Below, piece by piece: positions 26,525 through 37,880 of a stretch of 64,000 nucleotides of DNA. Source of the DNA: Sphagnum compactum (Eukaryota); contig OZ234493.1 in assembly GCA_965153455.1 (NCBI GenBank), positions 34,524,213-34,588,212 on the forward strand, read 5' to 3'. Numbering within the stretch: the first letter of the stretch is position 1; each line of letters begins with the position of its first letter. Both the position numbers and the translations under genes were made by a program. A model generated the notes under the pieces. It was not told the DNA's origin. It made no database searches and saw only the letters and a list, made by a program, of their open reading frames with translations.

Positions 26525-27575
26525 GATTGGATGATTATGTGCACCTTGAGAGGAGCCCTTTCAAAATTCAAAATTGGCCCCTTGAAACTTTCTGAACTTG
26601 ATTTGCATGTGCTAAGCCTCCCTAGCACAACCCTTTCTTCTTTTTGTTCAAAGAGTCTGTAAAGGAATGTTGGGCTCATTATTGAAGATCATGATGCCCA
26701 TGGATGTCCCTTCTAGCAACCATGACTTTTTGAATGAACTTTATTCCATGAAAGTTCAGCTTTTTCGTTCATGAACTTTTTGTCCATAAATTTCATCATT
26801 AGAACTTGATCCATTGAAAATTCACAAATAATATTTTGTGGATGTTCATCCATTGAATTTGAACTTTTAATGCAAAAAATAAAATTGTGAATGAACAATA
26901 ACATGGGTGAAATAAATCATCAATCATATTTCTTTGTTGAACTTGATTTCATCCTTAAGATTTTCTAAATTTTCTTGGTAAGATATCCATTTCAATAGGA
27001 TAGCTTCAATTGCACATCATTGCCAAAAGAGATACAAAGACAACATGAAATTTGAACTTGAAACCTTTCAATTTGCTCCCAATTTGTTCAAAAAATAATT
27101 TAGAAGGTAGTTTGAATTTTTAAAAGGGTTTTGTGCAAGCTTCAAAGAGCTGTCAAATAATAAATAAATAAAAAGAGAGAGAGGAGAAAGGTAAAGAGGG
27201 CAGAGCGCTAGGAGGCAGCCTATGGGGGAGGGGGGGATCATGGGCAGTCTGAGTTTTGGGGGCAGATTTTTTTAGCAGACAAGAAAATCTTCAGGCCTTT
27301 GGCAGCCCAGAAATTAAAAAAATGTGTGGGCAGCTTGAAGCTCATTGGTGCAGTCCACAAGGTGAAGTGGAATTGCCAATTTGGAGTTGGTGCACCCGCT
27401 TGGCAATGTGGACTTGGCAATTGGCCGATGTGGACTTGATGATTTGGCAAAAGTGCACCTAGGAAACACATAAAGTGAACTTGACAATGTGGACTTGACA
27501 ATTGGCGAATGTGGACTTGATGATTTGGCAAAAGTGGACATAAGAAACACATAAAGTGAACTTGACAAAATACCC
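26115..27575. mobile_element. Non-autonomous element with long (~400 bp) imperfect TIRs, Mutator-like
   Basis: 26115-26520 is the reverse complement of ~27170-27575 (e.g. TATTTTGCCAAGTTCACTTTATG / CATAAAGTGAACTTGACAAAATA; GCTTCAAGCTGCCCAC / GTGGGCAGCTTGAAGC). No TSD is visible. Confidence 0.7.
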
Positions 27576-28979
27576 AACCAAATAATTTTCCATAACCCAT
27601 CACTAAATAACCATGATATCATTCTTTTTTGTTGCAACCATGTGGCCATGCAGACTTGTGTTTTGGTTGTGTCCAAGGTTTAACACATCATCCAATTTGT
27701 GCAAATGCCATAGATGGTTGGCATTGGAAACTTGCAGTTGTCCTAGTGGTAAACGCTTTGGTCCTTTCATTGACAAAGGCATTTGATGCATTAAAAATAC
27801 CCCAACGACCTAAGCTAGATAAGAACAAACCAAGTGTTTCAAAAGCTCAGCAAAAACACCAAAGAAAACAATAGCTGAGGACTTATTGGAGCGATGAGGA
27901 GAATGATGGTTTGGTCCGATTGTGTGCATCTCTTTTAACTCCTCAATCTGGTCCATCAAAATTAGTTGGTCATACTACACATAGTGATACTGGTGGATTC
28001 CAGATACCAATCACATATTCACTCATAGACAATGTGAATGCATGTCTATCACCTTGCCATGTTTCAAAGGATATTACCTTGCCAAATGAAGAGCCTAAAC
28101 TAGGTGTACTTGAACCTGCCCTAGAACCTGTTGCAAAAAAGACTATGATCTTGAGTATACTATCTTTGTCAACTAGTACTCAACCTAAGGTGCAAGAAAC
28201 AATGCTTAAACCTAGTGTTAAGTGAAGAAATCTCACACTACCCAATCTAGGAGTTGAACCACGCCTTACATGAGCTAGTGTAGTTTTTGCCCCAAAAGCA
28301 AAAGGACAAAAAAGAGAAAAATTTAGTAGTCCTATAATTTTAGAGCATGTATTTGCATTGTATTTGAGCTTCAAATTATATATATATATATAGATATAAT
28401 GCAAATCAAAATTCAGTTCTTCTCATGTTGGCCAATATCCAGGTTGTTTATATTGATGTGGTTCTTAGTTTGATCAACATTACAAGAGAATGGGAAACTA
28501 AATTGTGCTTGGTCTTTGCCATTCTAAGTACTTTCCCACGTGTAGGTATCTAATTGTTCCCTCTTCCCATTGAGTTATCTAGCAATCCTACACATGGGTT
28601 TTTTTAATTCTCAATTCTTACTATAGCTTGTAGGAGGTCCATGTTATCCTAGGAGAATGCCACATTGTTTGAAGTCAATTTGAATTAACACGAAAGCTAA
28701 TAGAATGCGCACCAAAAGTAGCAAAGTTCATTCTCCCCACATTGTCCCCTACTTTTTTTTTTCTTTTTTTTTTTCCTATAAGATAATTTTCTAGGGATGC
28801 AGACAGCCTTTGCACAACCCGTCTCGTCTAGAGTCTACTCCTTCTCCTGGTGCTTTGAGCTTCTTTCATTGTTGACAACAAGATTTCAATTGCGGCAATA
28901 CAGGAATAGGATGACTGACAAAGAAACAAGAAAAGAAAAGCCGACACAAGTTGAAGAAAGGAAAAAAAAAACCATCACA

Positions 28980-29903
28980 ATTGTCCTTGGAATTGTCTTT
29001 GGAATTTTTCAAGGACGACCATACAATAGATTCTACGAGCCTGTGAAAAATTATGCAAAATCACCCATATACCAACTCCTCAAAATTTCGTCATTGGAGT
29101 TTTGGAGTCACACATAAAAATTTATTCTTTTGAAAATAAATTACTTTTGGTCACTTGTATCAAATCTTTTATCACGCATAGAAGTTTTAAAAAATTGGCC
29201 ACATCATTCAAATTTTGTTCTCCCATAGAATTCATTGTATAAATTTCATTTTTACTTGTGGATTCTTAAGCCCACATGCAATAAAATGCATAGTCACATA
29301 TAAAACTGGTCTTTTTCATTTTATTTTAAAATTGCAACTTAAATTTTTTATTTCATGCACAATTTTTCTTTTTCATTTTACTTATGGTTCCAAGTTGTAA
29401 ATTGTTGGTCAAACATGAGAGTTATTTTAAAATCATTTTTACTTTCAATTGCTTTAAATTTTGAATTGCACATAAATTTTAATCTTTTGAGTTGGATGCA
29501 TGAAATTTTCTTTCAATAAAAAAAATCATTAGTTTTTCATTTTACTCTTGGTCAAGCGTACTAAATTTGAATCCCATGAGAGAATTAAAAGTCTTGTTCA
29601 TTTTTTAATCATTGTTTTTTTTTTTTTTTTTTTTTTTAGTGTGTGCAGGAAATTCCGGTCGAGATTAGAATCTTCTACTTTGGGGAGTCCCCATAATTTC
29701 AACTTTTATTGTGAAATTGGCTCATTGCAAAAAAAAAGTTGGACTTGTGAATAAGTACCTCAGAATAAGTACAAACCTTCGATTCATAATTATTGCAAGT
29801 ACTTTCAATCGTCATCATAAAGTGAATTCGTATGTGAAAGATTTTGCATAATCTTTTGTAGGGTCATCCTTGAACAATTCTAAAGACAATTCCTAAGATA
29901 ACT
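28980..29903. mobile_element. MITE-like element with ~55-bp imperfect TIRs
   Basis: GGAATTGTCTTTGGAATTTTTCAAGGACGACCATACAA at the left end and the reverse complement TTGTAGGGTCATCCTTGAACAATTCTAAAGACAATTCC at the right end. Ends are approximate. Confidence 0.7.
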
Positions 29904-30787
29904 TCCTCATCTCCAAACCTATTATCTCACTTCTATCATAATAACTATCTCACTCCTTTTCCTTAAAGGCAAATTAACATGTGCCTTTCCATGTGCATGA
30001 TATTTACATTGATTCAAATTAAATTTAACATTGACATAAAGACTGATGAACTATTGGAAAACATGTGGGAACATAAGAAAAGGAAAAAAAAAGTTGATTA
30101 TCATTGGCAGTCTGCAACATTTGCAAAGCCCAAGTACGAGCATTAGAAAGGCTCCCACACAGTATAACCGTATAACTATTATTCTTCTTTTCTTATGGGC
30201 AAAACCATTCACTTAACATTGAATGCAAAAAAAAAGAAAAAAGGTTCTTGAATGACAATAAATTCATTTGTAAACTCCATGAAAGAAGGATGAGAAGCTG
30301 CTAATTTGTGGAAATTTGGGATGATAAGCTAAAAGTGAGGATAACAAATGTTGGGGGATGAAACTCCTTTTCTCACCAAAATTGGTCCGCCTTCCATTCA
30401 TGTTTCCTTGGAATAAAGTTCGGAAGGTTTTCACGTTCCGACGTTGATAAAGTTCCGACGTTAATTTTACGTGGGACCAAATGGAGAGAACGCTATGGCG
30501 TCATTCCTTCCATAATGCCTCATTTTACTCCTTTTTACGGGGAGTACGAGAGCGCAGAGAGTTTGGGAGTTGGGTACAATTACGACAGTTCTCTCTTTTT
30601 CGCATCATCGTGCATCCATTATGCACGTGGCATTATAATCTTGACAAAGAGATTTTGGGAATTTGTGTTAGACTGGATATGAATATGAACTCTTTGAAGT
30701 GCAAGAGCTGGCTGGACGTTTCTTTAGCGCTTGCACTTCATTAATTCCCAGTTTTTAACACACTAGGGCTCTCTCTAGAGACTCGAG

Positions 30788-32674
30788 ATGGCAATTTCAG
30801 AAGAGCAGCAGCGGGTTCCCTCACCCAAGGCACACGCCGTTATGTTACCCGTGTCGTTCGGTGCCGTCGGTTACCTCGTCCTCTCCAAGGCAGCACTCAA
30901 TGCGGGCATCAACGTCCTCGTTTTCTGCGCCTACAGGGACGGAATTGCGTTTTGCATTCTTGCGCCCTTGGCGGTCTTCGCTGAGACGTAAGCAAGCGAC
31001 GCCCAGAGCAGCACGCAATTCATCTTCTGGCAAAGCTGCTGCAATTATTAATAACCATTCTAGTTCTCAACTTCGGGAAAAGTCTACGTGTGTCGTGCCT
31101 GAGCTGACAAATCAGTCGTCTATGCATCGATGAAACCATGGCCCCCTTCGCAATTCTGTGAGAAAACTAATTTTGAGCACTCGATGATGAGCTCTCTTCG
31201 AAATCCTTGTCTCTGATGGGGTTCTGTGTGCTGGAAATTCCGGTCGAGATGTTCAGTCCTTGTCCTGGGCTTAATCCTTATCATAGGAGTTTTTGGGTAA
31301 GTGTGATCGACACGTTAGAATCCCGGTCCTCCTCTCAAGTCTTGTGCTTTCGCATTTTTGGGATGCACGTCCTTCTGAAGAGACATCATCAATCGAGCTT
31401 CATATGTGTTCACATTGGGATTATTTGCGAGCAATATTTATTCTTGTTCCTAGCACAGCTAATCTTGCGCAAGTGTCTCTTTCTTCATGCTCTTAAGTTA
31501 AATATGAATTGCAGATTCCAAGCACCATATGAAGTGCTCAACATCTGCCTCATTGCATAATATCATACCAAAGAAAATTGGGCAATTATCATTGTAGCTA
31601 ATTATCTGGTTTTTGGTTTTTGATTACAAGTGAAAATCGCCACACACTGGTTCTTTGTTACTGCTAAATTTTCTGAGTCGTAAGGAGCTAGTATAGTTGG
31701 GGTTGTGTATCCCTAACGCTCAGCTGAAACTCAGTTTGTGGCATTAGTGGCTTTTTTGTGTTACATCATTCTGGGTCACTATTGTATACCTATATGAAAT
31801 ATTTTGAGCATAAATTCAAGAAGGTTTTAGGGCAGGTGCAAAGCATATGAGACTCCAAATTTTCCTGCTCTTCTGAATGTGAATCTAATTCTGCCCTCTG
31901 GACAGTCTGATCCTTGAATACAGGCTACACCCTAATACGTGGGTTGTGAATCTTGTTGGAACGAATTTTGGGGGTCAGGGGTTTTTTGGAGCAAGCGTTG
32001 TTTTTGGTTGGCCTAGAAAACACAAACACTTTCTTCGCGTCAGCCATGCAAAACTGCTCTCCAGTTTTTGTGCTACTAATCGCTGCCACATTCAGGTAAC
32101 TTCAACACCTCCCTTTTGTAAGGCATGTTGTTTGCAAGTTCCAGACATAAGTTCCTCATGTCCAAATAGAACTTATAAATTTCCTTGAAGTTTTGGAATG
32201 CGAGATAACCAATATTGCAGGCATTTTTCTTGTTCCAGGATCTTGTTAAATTATCTTGTGCAGATAGATGTGCAATTGTTCTTTTCTACAAATGTTAGAT
32301 TTCATATTTGACATGGAGTTTTGCTGTCCCAATGAATTACTGCAAGAACCCGCAAAGTGCATAGGATTTACAGGATCAGGGTACATTTTTCAGGACAGAG
32401 GAGATTAGATTAGGCAGCGGGATGGCAGGCTAAAATTTTGGGCATAATATTTTGTGTGTTGGGGGCACTCCTCATGTCTATATACAAGGGGCCCATCATC
32501 TTTAAACGTTTAATATCAAAAACAAATCCTCCAAGCTCTATGTTGCCAAGAAGTAACCTTCTTATGGGAGACCTCATTATGGGGTTTGAAGGCTGGGGTA
32601 TTGATAAATGGACCCTTGGAGGTCTTTGCCTCATCCTTCAGACTCTCACTGTCAGCATTGAGACTAACTTAAAG
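30788..32674 (+). pseudogene. Truncated inverted duplicate of the UMAMIT/WAT1-like gene (exons 1-4 only)
   Basis: Exons 30788-30987, 31234-31296, 31979-32095, 32394-32674 and their introns match the minus-strand gene. The exon-2 acceptor is CAG>CTG (31231-33), two 1-nt deletions early in exon 4 shift the frame, and exons 5-7 are not found. Confidence 0.88.
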
Positions 32675-33663
32675 GTAAATGTTTTTCCTCGTTATGGGAT
32701 GAAGAATTATCTAAACTAGGAAGGACACCACTGTTCTAAAGGGTTTGAATAAAATGTTCAAATGTCAATACGAGACCAACACTGATTGAAAGTTTGAAAC
32801 CCTCGAATTTTTTTTTAAAAGCTTCATTTTCAGAATTTTCATTTCCTTTTGGCCAAATTTTGCCAGTAACAAAAAGGCTGGAACTTGTTCCCTATGTTTG
32901 GTTTCAAGAGCTGCTTTTGTGTGCAGGGTTAAGCACTGTCTTGTATTATCCCATGTATGGATTCTGTAGGTTAATTAGAGTATCGCCACCAACACCAGTA
33001 AAATAGCCTGCACACTATATTTTAGATGAAGTTTTGAAGCCAAATTAGTGTTCAAATTTCAGTTTGGACCCAAATACATATGCCCAGGGCCACTGAAAGG
33101 AAATGTCCGCTTCTTATTGGCCAACTATTTGGTGGGTGGTGACATTTAAATAGATATTTTTGCTTCGTAATGTCTATTTTTTAACATGTTAATTTAGAGT
33201 TCAGGATGGGAGAATAATTAAACACAATACATTGGATGCAATAAACACTCATATGAAGGCCCAATTAGGGGTTGTGGATGGAGGTGCTCTAAGGCTGGAT
33301 GATTATTAAAACATGTATTAAACATCTCTAAGATCAGACATTTCAGGCGATGTATGAGTTTAGTTCAACATCAATTAAAATGTGTTCAATAGAATTAGCA
33401 TACAATTAAGTTATAAAGGTCAATGATACTTGATACATTATTATTATCTATAGTAAAGGAACAATGAAGCCTCCCCTGAAGCCGTCCGAATGAAGCTTCC
33501 CCTAAATCCGTCCGAACACTTTGCAGTAGCAAGAGACTTTCTAAGATTTCTGGGATTTGTTTTTTTTCTTTTTCCGCAGTAGTTAGAGGATGATTTTTTC
33601 CTTCCTTATGGTTTTCTTCTTATGATTTCTGTGTATTTGTGTGTCTTCTTCTTTTGGTTGCAG

Positions 33664-33786
33664 CATTTTGCAGCTTCAGGCTTCCCATGTCCAAAGCTCA
33701 AGAATCCTGCATACCATTTTCTTCAAGTAGTGAACTTAGACTTCGATCGAGTCAAGATGGGTGTACAAGGGTCCTTCAAGATCAGA
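33664..33786 (+). pseudogene. Helitron-captured exon of an ABCG (WBC/ABCG11-like) half-transporter
   Basis: Polypyrimidine tract + CAG|...|GTAAG, 123 nt, reading HFAASGFPCPKLKNPAYHFLQVVNLDFDRVKMGVQGSFKIR. This matches the GFPCP..NP.DHFL..N.DFD motif of plant ABCG proteins. Confidence 0.8.
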
Positions 33787-34302
33787 GTAAGAAGAAATGA
33801 TTTTAAATTTCACACCCGCATCATCGAAGCAGATTGTTTGAAGATTGTTTTCCTTCTTATTCTACCAACCTCTAAAATACAGCAAAATCAGTTTAAAATT
33901 CGTCTGTCCATCTGTCCGGTCGCAATTATGATGGGTAAATTATAGAAATTTTGTGCTCAACTGCTCTTCATCTGCAGCTTGGAACCCTTTGTGGATTTAA
34001 TCATTACAACCCATGTTTCTAAATTGAAATCAGCATATGATCAGCAATTGCATGCTAGCTAGCCACAAAGAGCAACACATCACCAGCTTCTCACGACGTG
34101 GCGCTGACTGGCGCTGGAGGAGCTCCCAGCTACCCGCAGATTAGACTCCGTAGGACCGGACGGACATTTCCTCCATCCGTTCGACCTATCCATCCATCCG
34201 TCCCGTCATACAGGGAAGATGGCAGGGAAGATGGCATCATATAGGGAAGAAAACCCTGGCAGAAATAAATAACCCCCCCCCCCCCCGCCCCCTCATGCCC
34301 GG

Positions 34303-35247
34303 TGTCGCAACCCTAGCCTTGGCTCACGACCAAAGCAAGGGGGTCGCAAGTGTGCGGGCCTATAAGTAGACCCGGGAGTCATATCACATGCTCCCGGGAG
34401 TGCAAAAAGTGTGAGGGAGTGAACCCTCACACTCCCAAGTGAACTCCCATGTTGGGAGTTGGTGAGAGTGGAGTCCCAAAAAAGGACTCCCGAAACTTCA
34501 GAGAGCGTTTTGAGGGGTCAAAACTCAATGGCTTGTTGCGCTCTTTATATCAATGGAAAGCTCTTGAAGTGTAGATGTGTAAAATGGGCTCGCATTGCTC
34601 ATTTGAACATCTGAAACACGAGTTATGGCCAAAAGAAGGCCCGGGAGTCGAACTCCCGGGAGTCCGCCAGTTTTGACTCCCGACCACTAAAAGTTGGGAA
34701 TCGACCCGAAATACTTGGCTGCAGAAAACGTGCGACATACCGTTGGAAAGGTCTTGATGAGACCTACAACTTTGCTTCAGACGACAACTCAATCGGAGGT
34801 CTGCTCCGAAAGTTATGAGGCTTCAAAGTCGCGGGAGTCCAAAGTTGCGCGATTTCGGGACTCCCACGCGGGAGTCCCGGGACAAAAAGGCCATTTGGAT
34901 GCCACCCCCGCGACGAGTCACAGAGTATACTATAGGGAGTAAGGTGGTGGCTTACTCCCGAGCCCAGGGTGTGGTGTGTCAAAGTGAGTCCGAGTTCCCC
35001 CGTGGCTGTCCCAACACCAAAAGGACCCAAAATGAGTTCTAACCACTTTGTGTGATTTTCATGCATGCCCGTGTGAGTGAGTAAAGCTTGTCAACTCTTC
35101 CTAGTCTTTCCCGGGACTTCTAGCACGCCCCTCTTACCCCCCCCTCTAGTGCTGGAAGTCGGGATCGTACTCCAAGTTCCAACTCCTTCCGCATTGCCAT
35201 ATACCTAAACCCTCAAGTGGGTCTACTCGGAACTTGGGAGCGCGACA
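34303..35247 (+). mobile_element. Solo LTR (945 bp) inserted in Helitron unit 1
   Basis: TGTCGC...GCGACA termini; TSD CCCGG at 34298-34302 and 35248-35252; related to the LTR at 7158-7918. Confidence 0.93.
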
Positions 35248-35524
35248 CCCGGCCCCAGGGGGGGCACCCCCAAGATTTACTGTACAGAGGACGTGGTCTT
35301 TTTCTTTTCATTTTCTTTTTCGTTCTCTGTTTTCGGTGTTTTCTTTGTTTATAATAATAATAATAAAATAAAATAACAAAAAATAATCTTATATATATAT
35401 ATAAAGTTTTAATTTTTTAATTCATCCATCCCATCAGCCGTCTATTTAAGCCGGATGGGGTGGGTTAGGACCGGCATTACACAAATATTATTCTAAAATA
35501 ATGCACAGGTGTGTGTATTTGACG

Positions 35525-35561
<37 letters not shown>

Positions 35562-37074
35562 TGTTTAAAAATAGAAGCATGCCAATTAGGGCTCAAACTA
35601 TATAAGAACCTAGATCCCCTAAATCCGTCCGGTCTGTCATCCAACCGAACGGACGAAATAGTCGAACGGACATTTCATGCATCCCGTTATCCGTTTGTTT
35701 AAAAATAGAAGCATGCCAATTAGGGTATCTCTGACCTCTCTTCTTCCAAAAAGCAGCAAACAACAGAGAGTTACGCAGAAGAGAGAGCCAGACAGACAGA
35801 CAGAGAAAGAGGGGGTCCTTGAAGCATGACAGGAGGCCGCTTTAAATATGAAGTTTTTCTCTGTAATGGAATTCTGTTTTTTTTTGTTTTTGGTAAATTC
35901 TTCAGGACGTTTTCTGTCTGCATTTTCAGAACTAATTATATTATTTTCAGAAATGTTGAAATTTTCCCCAATCCTTCCCCCCCCCAAAACACAAAAGGGA
36001 AAATAATATAAAATATTTTAGAATAATATTTGTGCAATGTCCATTTTAAGCATTGAATATTCAAAAATAAAATAATTATTCAATAGTGAATTTTCAATGC
36101 TAAAATTGCCACCAAAGGTGGGCGCGGAGGGGGGGGGTAGGAGAGAGAGAGAGGGGTCACGAGAGCTGCCATTTTTTCTTTTTCTTTTTTCTTTTTTGGT
36201 GGGTTAGGACCAGCAAAGACCCAGTAGTTTTAGGTGCATGTTTGATTTATTTTAAACACACACCTGTGCATTAGGCACGGGGCACATCCGGACGGACAAT
36301 AGCCACAGACAGTACCTAAATATAGCGAGGGCGTGGCTTTCCCATGTCCATCATCCATCCCGTCATCCAATCGGACGGACATTTCCTCCATTCGTCCGAC
36401 CCGTCCATCCATCCGTCCCATCATACAGGGAAGATGGCATCATACAAGGAAGAAAACCCTGGCAGAAATAAATAACCCCCCCCCGCCCCCTCATGCCCGG
36501 CCCCAGGGGGGGCACCCCCAAGATTTACTGTACAAAGGACGGGGTGTTTTTCTTTTCATTTTCTTTTTCGTTCTCTGCTTTCGGTGTTTTTTAAAATAAT
36601 AATAAAAAAAATAGAAAAATGAAAAATAATCTTATATATATATATATAAAGTTTTAATTTTTTTAATTCATCCATCCCATCAGCCGTCTATTTAAGCCGG
36701 ATGGGGTGCGTTAGGACCGGCAAAGACCCAGCAGTTTTAGGTGCATGTTTGATTTATTTTAAACACACACCTGTGCATTAGGCATGGGGCACAAACTTGC
36801 CCGGCCCCAGGGGGGCACCCCTAAGATTTACTGTACAGAGGACGGGGTGTTTTTCTTTTCATTTTCTTTTTCGTTTCGGTGTTTCTTTTTGTTTATAATA
36901 ATAATAATAAAATAGAGAAATGAAAAATGATCTTATATATATATATGTACCATCAAATACACACACCTGTGCATTATGCAGGGGGCTTAGACTAGTCTAT
37001 AGTAAAGGAAGAATGAAGCCTCCCCTGAAGCCGTGCGAATGAAGCTTCCCCTAAATCCGTCCGGCCCTAAATAT

Positions 37075-37880
37075 AGCGAGGGCGTGGCTTTCCCATGTCC
37101 GTCATCCGTCCCGTCATCCAACCGGACGGACGGACATGTAGCCACCGACAGTAGCTAAGTATACCGGGGGCGTGGCTTTCCCATGTCCGTCATCCAACCA
37201 GACGGACGGACATGTAGCCACCGACAGTAGCTAAGTATATCGGGGGCGTGGCTTTCCCATGTCCGTCATCCGTCCCGTCATCCAACCGGACGGACGGACA
37301 TGTAGCCACCGAGAGTAGCTCAGTATACCGGGGGCGTGTAGCCACCGATAGTAGCTCAGTATACCGGGGGCATGGCTTTCCCATGTCCGTCATCCGTCCC
37401 GTCATCCAACCGGACGGACGGACATGTAGCCACCGACAGTAGCTCAGTATACCGGGGGCGTGGCTTTCCCATGTTCGTCATCCGTCCCGTCATCCAACCG
37501 GACGGACGGACATGTAGCCACCGATAATAGCTTAGTATACCGGGGGCGTGGCTTTCCCATGTCCGTCATCCGTCCCGTCATCCAACGGGACGGACGGACA
37601 TGTAGCCACCGACAATAGCTGAGTATATCGCCGGCGTGGCTTTCCCCTGTCCGTCATTCGTCCCGTCATCCAACCAGACGGACGGACATGTAGCCACCGA
37701 CAATAGCTGAGTATACCACGGGCGTGGCTTTCCCATGTCCGTCATCCATCCCGTCATCCAACCGGACGGACATGTAGCCACCGACAATAGCTGAGTATAC
37801 CGGGGGCGTGGCTTTCCCATGTCTGTCATCCGTCCCGTCATCCAACCGGACGGACGGACATGTAGCCACCGACAGTATAC
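37075..37880. repeat. GC-rich Helitron 5'-subterminal minisatellite, ~76-88 bp unit, ~9 copies
   Basis: GTGGCTTTCCCATGTCCGTCATCCGTCCCGTCATCCAACCGGACGGACGGACATGTAGCCACCGACAGTAGCT.AGTATACCGGGGGC repeated (GTGGCT at 37084, 37172, 37248...). Confidence 0.95.

Noticed and set aside
37075-37880. CRISPR-like array
   Set aside because: The units are contiguous tandem repeats with no unique spacers, there are no cas genes, and the context is a eukaryotic Helitron.
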